Assembly: GCA_964386665.1 (NCBI GenBank)
Contig: CAYLQP010000003.1
Span: forward strand, 28,731-92,730
Source: an uncultured Candidatus Saccharibacteria bacterium
GTDB lineage: Bacteria; Patescibacteriota; Minisyncoccia; Phycocordibacterales; CAIRYW01
DNA length: 64,000 nucleotides
Reading direction: 5' to 3'
In this document: positions 1 to 9,680 of the stretch, one piece after another
Numbering within the stretch: the stretch's first letter is position 1
Layout of the letters: each line of letters starts with the position of its first letter
Notes under the pieces: generated by a model
The model's input: only the letters and a program-made list of their open reading frames with translations
Told to the model about the DNA's origin: nothing
Database searches by the model: none
Program-made: the position numbers and the translations under genes

Positions 1-1269
1 ATCATAAGAAAAGTCGATAGTAAGTTTTGAGAGCGCGACGTTTGGAGTTACTTCTGTTACTACTGTTTGAACAAGCTCTTTCAGATCGAAATCAACGAAA
101 TCGTATTTCATTCGTCCTTGTTCAATACGTGTAATATCGAGATAATCTCCTACAATAACTACTAGCGCTTGCGTTGATTTGAAGATAGTTTCTATTGCTT
201 CTTTTAATTCTGAAGTAAGTTTACCGAAGTCTCCCTCAAGAAGCATTGAAGCATATCCCTTGATCGCTGTAAGCGGTCCTCGTAGTTGGTGAGATGCAAG
301 AGAGATGAACTCAGTCTTTTGTTCGTCGAGTTCCTTGAGTCGTCGGTTTGATTCTTCGAGTTTTTTGTTTGTTATATTTAATTCTTTTCTGGCTTCACTT
401 TCTTTTTTAATCGAACGAGTGAGAATCATTACAAAAATAATCGACATAAAGACCGTAATGACGGTCAAAACTAATCCGACAATATTTTTCGCAAAGAAAA
501 GCTCTGAAGCAACCAAAACAACAAGTACATATGCAATAAGTTGCTGTGACCACAAACGTAAATTAAATAGATTGAGACGAGAAATCGTAAATACAATAAT
601 AAGAAGGAAAACTGGTATCGCAAAGAGTCCAAAAAGCAAAATTTCATAGACACCTGTTTGACCTGCAATATAACCCGTTATTGAGAAAGTAAGTAGAAGC
701 AATAACAGACTTGAACCAATCAACAAAATTACACTCTTTTCTTTTGGCTGTTTTCTTAAAGTAAAAACAGTAGAAATAATAATCAAAAACATTATCAATA
801 TCTCTACACCTACTCTATATTTACTTAAGAAAGAACTATCTGTAGCTTCACAAACAGGATGATAAAAATCAATAATTGACAACCCTCTAATGGTTATATA
901 AAAAGCCGGCAAGGACAAAATAATAATCAACTTTTTTGCAATTTTATTGAAAGAGGGGTTATCAATAAGATTTGTAAAAAAATAAAAACTAAATAAAAAT
1001 GCAACAATCTCAAAATAATCAAGAACAGACCACCAAGCCACTATCAAATCATAATTATTAGATGCCCAAGTTACAAGATCACCAATAAGCCATAAAATTA
1101 AAAAACCAATAAAAAAAGAAAAAGAGATGTGAAGTGTTTGCTTATTTTTTTGACTAAGAACGTAAATACCTATAATTAAAAGAATAAATACAGGAACCAA
1201 GTGGGTGTAATAAGCAATAGGTCTTACTGCTGATGCGGTTGCTAAACATGTATTAATTAATTCTTGCAT
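1..1269 (-). CDS. Membrane sensor histidine kinase (multi-TM N-terminus + HisKA), 3' end runs off the window
   Basis: Not in ORF track. Manual translation from ATG at 1269 gives MQELINTCLATASAVRPIAYYTHLVP..., several hydrophobic segments, then KTEFISLASHQLRGPLTAIKGYASMLLEG (H-box) and DYLDITRIEQGRM. Confidence 0.9.
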   Translation of the reverse strand, partial: MQELINTCLATASAVRPIAYYTHLVPVFILLIIGIYVLSQKNKQTLHISFSFFIGFLILWLIGDLVTWASNNYDLIVAWWSVLDYFEIVAFLFSFYFFTNLIDNPSFNKIAKKLIIILSLPAFYITIRGLSIIDFYHPVCEATDSSFLSKYRVGVEILIMFLIIISTVFTLRKQPKEKSVILLIGSSLLLLLLTFSITGYIAGQTGVYEILLFGLFAIPVFLLIIVFTISRLNLFNLRLWSQQLIAYVLVVLVASELFFAKNIVGLVLTVITVFMSIIFVMILTRSIKKESEARKELNITNKKLEESNRRLKELDEQKTEFISLASHQLRGPLTAIKGYASMLLEGDFGKLTSELKEAIETIFKSTQALVVIVGDYLDITRIEQGRMKYDFVDFDLKELVQTVVTEVTPNVALSKLTIDFSYD

Positions 1270-2104
1270 TTTTGATAGATTCTATATGATTAAATATATC
1301 ATCATTGTAACAAAACCAAAAATTCTCTCCTTCAATATCTGTGGGTTCAAGTGCAACTACGAGAGGTTTTAATTTAAATAAATTCTTAGTTTTTATAAAA
1401 TTTAATAAAAAGACCTGGTCAGTAAATCTTTTTTCTTTGCCTGTGAGGCAGAAATTTTCAAATAAAATATTATTTTGAACAAAAAGATTCATAACATAAT
1501 TATAATATTGTTCTGGTTTTTTTCCTACAATATTAAGCCAGGGTGAAATATCAAAAAAATTAGGCTGAGTATGTTTTGAATGTAATTGAAAAATTTTATG
1601 ATGAAAATCAACTAAAGATTGCCCCCACAAAGTCTCTACCTCAGATATTTTTTTACCGTCAAATTTATGAAAATCAATTACATTAATATTCCTTTTTTCT
1701 AAATTCTTTTTTTTGTAACCTAAATAAAAAGACAATCTAGCTAATGCTAATTTCATTGGGCTATTGGTTGTAAATTTATCTTCGAAATACTCTAAAAATA
1801 AATTAGAAACACCAAAACCATCTGATGCAGCTAAGAAACGTAAATTCTCAAAATTTGGAGTTGCAACCTGCCGAAACAAAACAAGTCTACCTTTGGGATC
1901 TAAAAACGGTTCTGGTATCCCAACTTTTTTAAAAAAACATTCTACTTTTTTCTTTAATCCAGAATCCTGTTGACGTTGATGGAGTTCTTTTATAGCTTGA
2001 TCAACGTCAGTATATACAAACTCATCAAATGCTTTTCGGTCATTCATTAATTTGTTTCGCCGCCAGTAGTATTCTATTGTGCTTCTAATATTATTCCAGA
2101 ACAT
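1253..2104 (-). CDS. Hypothetical soluble protein (start may be 2047)
   Basis: 283 aa ORF overlapping the kinase start by 17 nt; no motif recognised. Confidence 0.75.
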   Translation of the reverse strand: MFWNNIRSTIEYYWRRNKLMNDRKAFDEFVYTDVDQAIKELHQRQQDSGLKKKVECFFKKVGIPEPFLDPKGRLVLFRQVATPNFENLRFLAASDGFGVSNLFLEYFEDKFTTNSPMKLALARLSFYLGYKKKNLEKRNINVIDFHKFDGKKISEVETLWGQSLVDFHHKIFQLHSKHTQPNFFDISPWLNIVGKKPEQYYNYVMNLFVQNNILFENFCLTGKEKRFTDQVFLLNFIKTKNLFKLKPLVVALEPTDIEGENFWFCYNDDIFNHIESIKNARIN

Positions 2105-2186
2105 TTCGTATAAGAAAATAAGGCTTTTGTATATAATGACACTAAATAGTGTATCATATCTATCAAATTACAAAAACAATTTAAGA

Positions 2187-2369
2187 CTAAACTTTCTTCG
2201 CTAGAAACTTTAATATATGCCAATTTTTAAATTCACCTTTCATAGTCTTCCCTAGCCCTTTTTCTTCAGATTGCCAAAGCACACTAAATCCTGTTTTTTT
2301 AAGAAATTCAATCATCTCATTAAAATCAATTGGAGTTAAAAAATAACAAATATTATCACTATTACTCAC
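2187..2369 (-). pseudogene. Possible C-terminal fragment of a class I SAM methyltransferase
   Basis: 60 aa ending GEFKNWHILKFLAKK, resembling the terminal strands of small methyltransferases; no SAM-binding N-terminus; abuts a divergent promoter. Confidence 0.35.
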
Positions 2370-2376
2370 TTATATA

Positions 2377-2406
2377 TTGACAAGTATTGTTTTTTAATGT
2401 TATTCT
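2377..2406 (+). promoter_or_regulatory. sigma70-type promoter of the gmk-like operon
   Basis: TTGACA-18nt-TATTCT with TG extension. Confidence 0.6.
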
Positions 2407-2445
2407 GTGTCCAGAATACTGTTATTTGACAACACTTTTCCTACT

Positions 2446-3015
2446 ATGATTATTTCACTCACCGGACCATCTGGTGCAGGTAAGGAGCACTTAAAAAAAG
2501 CCCTCCTGCAAAGATTTGTCACACTAAAAGAACTCTGCTGGACTACGACTCGTTCGTTACGCCCAGAGGAGTCTCAGGGTGTCACGCGTGAAAGTATTTC
2601 TAGACAAGAGTTTGATGAATTGGTGCAGGCTGACGAATTCATGTTCGTCCAGCAAGTATTCAATAATTCATATGGAATTCGTAAACATTTTTTGCGAACT
2701 GAATCAGGATTTTTCCTGACCGAATTTCATATTGAAAACCTGATACTCGCTCACTCGCAAGAGCTGTGTCCGGTAACCATCGGACTTATCCCTCAGAGCA
2801 TCGAGTTTCTGAAGGAACGGTTGAAACGAAGAGGAACGGAATCTGCGGAAGAAATTGCAGATCGCCTGTCCTCGGCCAAGAAAGAAGTCTCACTCATTAA
2901 CCAGCACAGACATTTATTCTCCCTTCTTGTAAAATTTTCGGGAGCAAACGAACACGCTGTCGCTGACATTGTCTCAGAATTCCTCAAACCTCACATCACT
3001 CCAGCAACCCCATGA
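2446..3015 (+). CDS. Guanylate kinase-like nucleoside monophosphate kinase
   Basis: P-loop GPSGAGK, TTTRSLRPEE, YG motif, RLKRRGTESAEEIADRL lid; ATG at 2446 preferred. Confidence 0.8.
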   Translation: MIISLTGPSGAGKEHLKKALLQRFVTLKELCWTTTRSLRPEESQGVTRESISRQEFDELVQADEFMFVQQVFNNSYGIRKHFLRTESGFFLTEFHIENLILAHSQELCPVTIGLIPQSIEFLKERLKRRGTESAEEIADRLSSAKKEVSLINQHRHLFSLLVKFSGANEHAVADIVSEFLKPHITPATP

Positions 3016-4169
3016 ACAAACTCCAAACTTCTGTTGGGGGTATCACATTTGAGACCCCGCTTCTACTCGCGTCTGGCTACATCACAGAAACACCAGACTT
3101 CTGCCTACGTTCGAAGCGATTCGGTTGTGCAGGTATGGTGACACGCTCTCTCAAGGAGCATGTGCCACCAGAACGATCACGGGTCCCATCACCACGTTAC
3201 AGCATCTTCGGTCAAACATCGATGCTCAACTGTGAATGGGGCAACGAGCATCCTTGGACCAACTGGAGAGATGGTTGGGCCGATAAAGTCAGATCTTCTG
3301 GCAATCGCCTGATTATTTCCTTCAGTGGAAGAGACATTGCAGGATGTGCAAACTTGATCGGAGCATTCGCTGAACAAGCAGATGCTTTCGAGATTAATGT
3401 GTCCTGCTCTCATTCGGGAGCTTTGCACGGTAATCTCAATCTTGACTTTGATCATCTTCGCGAACTTCTCCGAACCATCAGACCAATCACAAAAATTCCA
3501 ATCTGGCTCAAATTGTCTTACTCACCCATCGTGGTGGAGATGGCAAAAGTTGGCCAGGAGGAAGGCGCGGATGCCATAGTCTGCACCAACACGATTGGAC
3601 CTGGTCTACTCATCGATATTGAAACTGGCCTCCCAAAGGTTGGAATCAAAGGCGGTGCAGGTGGAGTTTCAGGCCCAGCGATTTTCCCAATCGCCATGCG
3701 CTGTGTCTATGAAATCAGTCAGGCAGTTACCATTCCTGTGGTTGGTGTCGGTGGCATATCCAGTGCTGAAGACGTCCTACAGATGATGATGGTTGGTGCC
3801 TCCGCTGTGCAACTTTACACATTGCCAGCACTCAAAGGTCCACGGTCGTTCAAAGCGATCAAAGAAGGTCTCATCAGTTTTCTCGATACTCACACTCAAT
3901 ACGGAAGCTTGCATGACATCGTTGGTCTAAGCCATAATAAGGCTAAGTCCCATCGGTTTATCGCACCTATTCCTACAGTATCAATCGACAAGTGCACAGG
4001 GTGTGGCATTTGTGTTTCAAGTTGTGCTTTCGATGCAATCAAACTCACCAAAGGTAGTGAGGGTCCGAAAGCAGAAATAAAAAGTAATTGCACAAGCTGT
4101 AACGCATGTCTCGGGGTATGCCCACCAGAACTTAATGCAATATCAACAACATTCACCAACCATGGCTAA
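3012..4169 (+). CDS. Dihydroorotate/dihydropyrimidine dehydrogenase-family FMN protein with C-terminal 2x[4Fe-4S] domain (PreA-like)
   Basis: LLLASG, EINVSCSH, LKLS, TNT, GGVSG, GVGGI, ASAVQ motifs; two CxxCxxCxxxC motifs. Confidence 0.85.
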   Translation: MNKLQTSVGGITFETPLLLASGYITETPDFCLRSKRFGCAGMVTRSLKEHVPPERSRVPSPRYSIFGQTSMLNCEWGNEHPWTNWRDGWADKVRSSGNRLIISFSGRDIAGCANLIGAFAEQADAFEINVSCSHSGALHGNLNLDFDHLRELLRTIRPITKIPIWLKLSYSPIVVEMAKVGQEEGADAIVCTNTIGPGLLIDIETGLPKVGIKGGAGGVSGPAIFPIAMRCVYEISQAVTIPVVGVGGISSAEDVLQMMMVGASAVQLYTLPALKGPRSFKAIKEGLISFLDTHTQYGSLHDIVGLSHNKAKSHRFIAPIPTVSIDKCTGCGICVSSCAFDAIKLTKGSEGPKAEIKSNCTSCNACLGVCPPELNAISTTFTNHG

Positions 4170-4422
4170 AAATAAGAAGAAAATATTCCCAATCGAGGTG
4201 TGTTGCACGGGGTGTAACTCTGTGCTTTACGAATACAACAAAGAGGGGGCCGGCTCTCTCGTGAAGTGCTTTGTGAGTGGTATCACCAAGGACCATACCA
4301 AAGGTGACCTGTGTTGTCAGAAGTGCGGAACCCAATTCTGCAGGCTCGGACAAATCGGACACCGTCCGATCCACAAAATTATCCAAGGAAAAGTGTTCAC
4401 CAAGGGCCATTGCCCGAAGTGA
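4162..4422 (+). CDS. Small Cys-rich (zinc-ribbon-like) protein
   Basis: CxxC pairs (CTGC, CQKC); overlaps upstream stop. Confidence 0.7.
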   Translation: MAKNKKKIFPIEVCCTGCNSVLYEYNKEGAGSLVKCFVSGITKDHTKGDLCCQKCGTQFCRLGQIGHRPIHKIIQGKVFTKGHCPK

Positions 4423-4427
4423 TCAAG

Positions 4428-4467
4428 GAGGGTGACAGAGCAATCTGTCACCCTCTATTTTTATTTA
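4428..4467 (+). terminator. Intrinsic terminator
   Basis: gagggtgacaga-GCAA-tctgtcaccctc followed by T-rich tract. Confidence 0.85.
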
Positions 4468-5067
4468 TAAATACCTTTTCTCTTCAAAATACCCTTTCTC
4501 AAAACTTTTGTAATCAAAGTTAATATTTGCTTCCCTGTTTAATGTATTCACATATTCAAAGAAATCATCCTTTGAGAAAACTTTTAAATTCAATTCGTCA
4601 CAAACTTGTTTGATAGATTTTTCTGCTTCGGGAGCACCTTCTGGTGAAGAAACTATCTCTGCTTCAAAAAAGAAACTATGATTTGGTACTTCTACAAGTG
4701 CAAACTCTATTCCCTTGTAATCATAGACCATACTATTACGAACACAGAGTACCCCCCTTTCATGTCCGAGCTCTCCAAACACCTTTACAAGTGATTCAAA
4801 TTTACCAGACTCTGTCTTTATTGATACCTCTTCTCTACTTTCTGTTCCACCCCATGATCCTAGCTTGAGTATTATCTCTGGTACACCGTTTGTCTCTCGT
4901 ATTCTTATGTCCTTAGTCCTGTTTTCCATTCCAGAAGAATAGTCGATAAGCACCCTCTCCTTCTTCCCTTTAAAAGTACCATTATTTGATAAAAAGGCAC
5001 TTAATCTATCCATCTCATCTTTAGTAAGAAGTCCTCTGATTTCTACTTCAATATCTTTATTACTCAT
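4465..5067 (-). CDS. CYTH-domain (triphosphate tunnel metalloenzyme / class IV adenylate cyclase-like) protein
   Basis: N-terminal EVEIR motif, IRIR, REE, FFEAE. Confidence 0.8.
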   Translation of the reverse strand: MSNKDIEVEIRGLLTKDEMDRLSAFLSNNGTFKGKKERVLIDYSSGMENRTKDIRIRETNGVPEIILKLGSWGGTESREEVSIKTESGKFESLVKVFGELGHERGVLCVRNSMVYDYKGIEFALVEVPNHSFFFEAEIVSSPEGAPEAEKSIKQVCDELNLKVFSKDDFFEYVNTLNREANINFDYKSFEKGYFEEKRYL

Positions 5068-5188
5068 AGTAATTATTCTAATGATTTATATATTAACTGT
5101 CTTATACACATACCCCTGTTTTAATTGATTCCAACACCCCTTTAGATTGTAAAAAGTCATAAAGCATAAAAACCAAAAGAAAAATGTT

Positions 5189-5575
5189 CTACTCTCCTTC
5201 TCCTCCGGAACAAACATCTCCTGCCTCAGCATTACATTTGGTTTCTTCGCAGTTTTTTGGATTGGCACAAAACTTCCCACACGTATCTTCGGGATTACAC
5301 CGTGCAAAGTCAAAACCCTTAATAACGTATCGATGATAGCTTTCAAGGCTATTTGGCGGACATTCTTCCGTTTCGCAGTCTCGAACAAAACAAGTTGAAG
5401 TAGTTGAATCACACGTAGTTTCAATAAAGATATCGTAGTTTTTTATTATAAAAAAACGAAGAAAACTCATCAGCATCACGAGAGCAAGAGAAATGAGAAA
5501 AAACTTTGAAACACGTGAGTTACTTTTTTGTAGTTCGAGGTCAGCTGGATTTTTTGTTTCTTCTACGGTTATCAT
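5189..5575 (-). CDS. Single-TM protein with Cys-rich extracytoplasmic domain
   Basis: One hydrophobic helix followed by 10 Cys. Confidence 0.7.
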   Translation of the reverse strand: MITVEETKNPADLELQKSNSRVSKFFLISLALVMLMSFLRFFIIKNYDIFIETTCDSTTSTCFVRDCETEECPPNSLESYHRYVIKGFDFARCNPEDTCGKFCANPKNCEETKCNAEAGDVCSGGEGE

Positions 5576-5602
5576 ATGTTGTTTATTGTAACATACCTAA
5601 AA

Positions 5603-6514
5603 CTAATTTGTCACCAAATACACCCCAACCGCCATAATAAGAATTGAAACGAACTTAAGGGCTAAATTTTTCTTTGAGATATCTTCTTTGATAAATCGAG
5701 GAAACAAAAGAGTAAAAATAATACCAAGCAAAAAAACAAAAAGCGGTTGTACTGAATACTCAATCAAAATAATAATCGCAACAGGTGCCAACAAAATCGC
5801 ATAATTGTTTACAATAATCCCAATTGTCTCAAAAATTTGTTCAAGTATATTAACCCCTATTATGGTTTTACTGTTTTCCTTGAGAGCCTTGATGAACTGT
5901 TGTCGATATAGAGTTGATGCAAAACAAATAAGCCCAAACAAAAACATTCCAACCTGATTCCAAAATATAGAGGTCCAAAAAGAAAAATCTTCTACTGCTG
6001 CTTTTTTAAACAAAACATTACCAAGCGCTAGATAAACAGAAGATACAATCATTGTATAAAAAATCTCTTTTCGAAGTTTGAGTTTTCCATTTCTTTTTTT
6101 AAATGATAAAAGCAATGCACCAAAAAGCACAATAACTCCTCCTATAATTTTGTGTTGTTCGATTTGTTCAGACAGCAAAAACAAACCAAAAAAGTACGTA
6201 AATACTGGTGTTAATTGCCAAAACGGCACAACAAGCGATGCGTCTTCTTTCTCAAGTGCATCAAGATATAAAAGCACAGCCATGTTGTACAAGAGACCTG
6301 TTGCTAAAAGTAATGCAACATCATATATAGATACAGTAAATACATCTGGACTGAATACAAAAATAATCAACGCAAGTGGCAATGCAATTACCCCAACAAA
6401 AATCATTAGTGCACCAATACCACCTTTGAAATACTTCGACACCAAATACTTATCAACGTGATTTACAATACTCCAGATAAACGGTGCGATAAGTGCAATG
6501 ATAATCCAAGACAT
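5603..6514 (-). CDS. EamA/DMT family transporter
   Basis: About 10 TM helices, duplicated EamA pattern (ASLVVP..., LLSEQI). Confidence 0.85.
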   Translation of the reverse strand: MSWIIIALIAPFIWSIVNHVDKYLVSKYFKGGIGALMIFVGVIALPLALIIFVFSPDVFTVSIYDVALLLATGLLYNMAVLLYLDALEKEDASLVVPFWQLTPVFTYFFGLFLLSEQIEQHKIIGGVIVLFGALLLSFKKRNGKLKLRKEIFYTMIVSSVYLALGNVLFKKAAVEDFSFWTSIFWNQVGMFLFGLICFASTLYRQQFIKALKENSKTIIGVNILEQIFETIGIIVNNYAILLAPVAIIILIEYSVQPLFVFLLGIIFTLLFPRFIKEDISKKNLALKFVSILIMAVGVYLVTN

Positions 6515-6517
6515 GGT

Positions 6518-6568
6518 TTAGTTATTAGCTGTTAGGTTATTAGGCTTTAGGCGCTAGCTTTTAGTTAC
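6518..6568. repeat. Degenerate 7-nt-period repeat tract (ttag type)
   Basis: ttagtta ttagctg ttaggtt attaggc tttaggc gctagct tttagtt. Confidence 0.65.
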
Positions 6569-6591
6569 AAGTCATTAATTATGAGTTAATC

Positions 6592-7752
6592 TCATTTGAT
6601 TTTCCTAAAGAACATTTTACCTTTTTGGAGAATATCATTTGGTGCAAGAGTAAGTGCGACATCAGTGACTACTTCACCGTTTACTTTTACTCCTTTTTCT
6701 TCAATCAATCGGCGAGCCTCACCCTTGCTTGTAACAGCAGAAGTTTCGATAAGCACTGCAACAATGTTGTAATCACTTGGCGTCACTTCTTCAAGATCAT
6801 CTGGAATCTCCTTTTTTGAAAAGGTTGAAATCCAATACTGCTCCGCCTTTTCTGCATCTTGTTTTGAGTGATACATTTCAACCAAAGTTCCTGCAAGTTT
6901 CATTTTGATATCGCGAGGGTTTACCCCATCAGCCAAACTTTTTTCATAGATTGCGATTTCTTCAAGTGATAGCCGTGTAAGTAACATAAAGTATTTCACT
7001 ACAAATTCATCTTTCAGTGACATAAGCTTACCAAACATATCGTTTGGGGTATCAAACAAGTTTACTGTATTACCCCAACTTGAGCTCATCTTGCGTCCAT
7101 CGAGCCCTTCGATGATTGGACCTGTAAGAATGTCTTGTGGTTCTTGTCCGTATTCTTTTTGAAGATCACGTCCAGCAAGAAGATTGAACTTCTGATCAGT
7201 TCCTCCAAGTTCTACATCTGCTTTTACGGCGACTGAATCATACCCTTGCATCAAAGGATAAAGAAGCTCACGAAGCGACACTCGTTTTCCTTCATCGAGT
7301 CGCTTCTTGATGTTTTCTCTTGAAATAAAGTTAGAGAGTGAAAACACATCAGCATGTCGTCCGATATCTCCGTAATTCAAGGGACCAAGCCACTCTGAGT
7401 TGTATCTGATTTCGGTTTTTGCAATATCAATGATTTTGCCAGCTTGTTCAATATAGGTTTCTAAATTTTTTTTGATTGTGTCACTTTGAAGCATTGGTCG
7501 TTCACTATCCTTATCTGACGTATCTCCAACCACCCCCGTGAAGTCTCCAATAATGAGTACAACTTGATGCCCTGCTTGTTGAAAATCGCGAAGTTTAAGA
7601 AGAGGAATAGATCGACCCAAATGAATATTTGGACTTGTTGGATCAATACCAAGCTTCACTCGAAGTCTCTCTCCGTTTTGAAGTCGTTTTTCTAAGTGCT
7701 CTCGGTCAATGATTTCTTCAACCCCTCGTTCTAATATTGTTTTAATATCCAT
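6592..7752 (-). CDS. tyrS: Tyrosine--tRNA ligase
   Basis: GIDPT, HLGR (HIGH), GGTDQ, KMSSS; S4 domain; start MDIKT at 7752. Confidence 0.97.
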   Translation of the reverse strand: MDIKTILERGVEEIIDREHLEKRLQNGERLRVKLGIDPTSPNIHLGRSIPLLKLRDFQQAGHQVVLIIGDFTGVVGDTSDKDSERPMLQSDTIKKNLETYIEQAGKIIDIAKTEIRYNSEWLGPLNYGDIGRHADVFSLSNFISRENIKKRLDEGKRVSLRELLYPLMQGYDSVAVKADVELGGTDQKFNLLAGRDLQKEYGQEPQDILTGPIIEGLDGRKMSSSWGNTVNLFDTPNDMFGKLMSLKDEFVVKYFMLLTRLSLEEIAIYEKSLADGVNPRDIKMKLAGTLVEMYHSKQDAEKAEQYWISTFSKKEIPDDLEEVTPSDYNIVAVLIETSAVTSKGEARRLIEEKGVKVNGEVVTDVALTLAPNDILQKGKMFFRKIK

Positions 7753-7814
7753 ACAGACAATAGTACAATATTTTTGAGATAGGTGCAAAAAAGGTAAAAA
7801 AGTGATTAGAAAGT

Positions 7815-7976
7815 TAGGCTCTGGGCACTAGCCAGTTAAATAAACAAATAACAAGCACTAAATAACAAACAAAATTCAATGACCAATGACTAATAATGAA
7901 AAACAATTCCCCACACACCAGGGGTGTGTGGGGAACCAAAACCTAAAGCCTAAAAGCTAATGCCTAATAGCTAACC
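7815..7976. repeat. Composite heptamer-repeat element with central 13-bp perfect hairpin
   Basis: 7815-7872 nearly identical to 11987-12044; ttccccacacacc-agg-ggtgtgtggggaa at 7907-7935; ctaa heptamers at 7935-7976. Confidence 0.75.
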
Positions 7977-8049
7977 TCGCTTCCTTGTAAAAGAATGTAT
8001 TTTAGGTAATCTAAAGGGTAGCTGCTAAACAACCCAGCTCTTTATTATT

Positions 8050-8466
8050 ATGGTAAACGACTTTCAAACATGGTGCTTAGGCCGACATATGGCACAAGCA
8101 ACCGCAATGTTGCTCACCGATTCACCAAACGAACCTCATCTCGTGCTCCTGCATGGTCAAGGCAATCCAATTCTTCCGTGGGGTGACCTCCCTGCATCGA
8201 TTCCCTACGGGTCTGTCACCATCAAACCGGATGTGAGATGGGCAATTGGGAACAGTCTGGTCAGCTTCAAAACCTTTTGGACAGAGGCAGTAGCACGACA
8301 CCATCGAGACGGTGCAGCAATACACGGCACAAAAATATCGGTTGAATTAATCGGAACGTCAATTGGGAACAGTGCAATATTAACTGCCCCTAAAACCACT
8401 GACAGTAATGGCCGCTGGACGCTCAGTGGTCATGTCGTGATCATATTAAGATCAATTGGTTACTAA
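8050..8466 (+). CDS. Hypothetical protein (solo cassette)
   Basis: 138 aa ORF, GC-richer than flanks; TTGTAA-16-TAATCT upstream; terminator aactcgg-ttcg-ccgagtt+T tract downstream. Confidence 0.6.
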   Translation: MVNDFQTWCLGRHMAQATAMLLTDSPNEPHLVLLHGQGNPILPWGDLPASIPYGSVTIKPDVRWAIGNSLVSFKTFWTEAVARHHRDGAAIHGTKISVELIGTSIGNSAILTAPKTTDSNGRWTLSGHVVIILRSIGY

Positions 8467-8496
8467 CTCGGTTCGCCGAGTTTTTTTTATTTCCCA

Positions 8497-8545
8497 AAAA
8501 CTATTGCCTAACAACCCAAGGCCTAAAAAGTTAGTAGCTAACCTA
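8497..8545. repeat. Degenerate heptamer tract (ctaa type)
   Basis: Ends tagctaacct, as does 7935-7976. Confidence 0.55.
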
Positions 8546-9619
8546 CAGCCCCTCCTCTCTCAACTCCTCCACGAGCTTTCGCGATTGTTTTGAAAGTTTG
8601 TTTGGAGTTTTGATATGTATATGGATCAAGATATCTCCACGACCGTTTCCATGAGGCACTCCTTTTCCTCTTACCTTAAGCACATCGAGATGTTTGGTTC
8701 CTTCGGGAATACTCACCACTATATTGCCATCAAGTGTTTCAAGTCCTATCTCTGCCCCAAGGAGCGCGTCCGTTAGTTTGATTTCGAGAATGGTTTCAAG
8801 ATTGAAACCTGCCTTTTTAAACACCTTACTTGGTTTGACATAAATCTTGATAAATAAATCTCCATTTTGTCCTCCACGTACCGCTTCACCTCGTCCAGTT
8901 ACTCGAAGCATTTCTCCATGTTCAATCCCTGAAGGAATCTGTACTTCAATATCTTCACTTTGTTTGTGGACTCCTGCACCATGACAGACACCACACTTAT
9001 TTTTTGGAATTGCACCCACACCAAAACAACTATCACACACACGCTCACTTGCCACTTGTCCGAAGATAGATCGTTTCATTTCTCGAATGACACCCTGACC
9101 ATTACAATGTGTACACGTATTCATTTGTGAGCCAGCTTCTGCCCCGTTTCCATTACAATTCTTGCAACTTGAAACTTTGTTGAGGTGGATTTTTTTTGCG
9201 ACACCAAACACTGCGTCTTTGAAATCAAGTTCAACGTCAACTTGGATATCATTCCCCTTTTTTGTTTTTTGTCTGCGACCTCCGCCTCCGCCGAAAATAT
9301 CCCCAAAAATATCCCCAAGATCTCCCATATCAAACTGAAACCCACCACCTTGTCCTCCAAATCCACCAAAGTCAAACCCTTCGAAACCAGCTCCTCCACT
9401 CGATCCTGCTCCTGTGTCTCCAAACCGATCATACTGAGCTCGTTTTTGCGTATCAGAAAGCACAGTATATGCTTCACTTACTTCCTTGAAGCGTTTGTCA
9501 TCTCCACCCTTCTTGTCTGGATGGTGTTCGTGCGCAAGTTTTCTAAACGCTTTTTTGATTTCGTCTTGGGAAGCGTTCTTAGAAACACCTAGTATATTAT
9601 AGTAGTCTTTTTTGTTCAT
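8543..9619 (-). CDS. dnaJ: Chaperone DnaJ
   Basis: J domain HPD, G/F-rich region, four CxxCxGxG repeats. Confidence 0.98.
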   Translation of the reverse strand: MNKKDYYNILGVSKNASQDEIKKAFRKLAHEHHPDKKGGDDKRFKEVSEAYTVLSDTQKRAQYDRFGDTGAGSSGGAGFEGFDFGGFGGQGGGFQFDMGDLGDIFGDIFGGGGGRRQKTKKGNDIQVDVELDFKDAVFGVAKKIHLNKVSSCKNCNGNGAEAGSQMNTCTHCNGQGVIREMKRSIFGQVASERVCDSCFGVGAIPKNKCGVCHGAGVHKQSEDIEVQIPSGIEHGEMLRVTGRGEAVRGGQNGDLFIKIYVKPSKVFKKAGFNLETILEIKLTDALLGAEIGLETLDGNIVVSIPEGTKHLDVLKVRGKGVPHGNGRGDILIHIHIKTPNKLSKQSRKLVEELREEGL

Positions 9620-9624
9620 CTGTT

Positions 9625-9680
9625 ATTTTAGTCAAAAATTAAAAGTTAAAAATCAAAATTGAATGTAAAAAGTCAAAATT
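9625..9680. repeat. Heptamer arm downstream of four-helix-bundle gene
   Basis: gtcaaaa attaaaa gttaaaa atcaaaa ... gtcaaaa. Confidence 0.7.
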
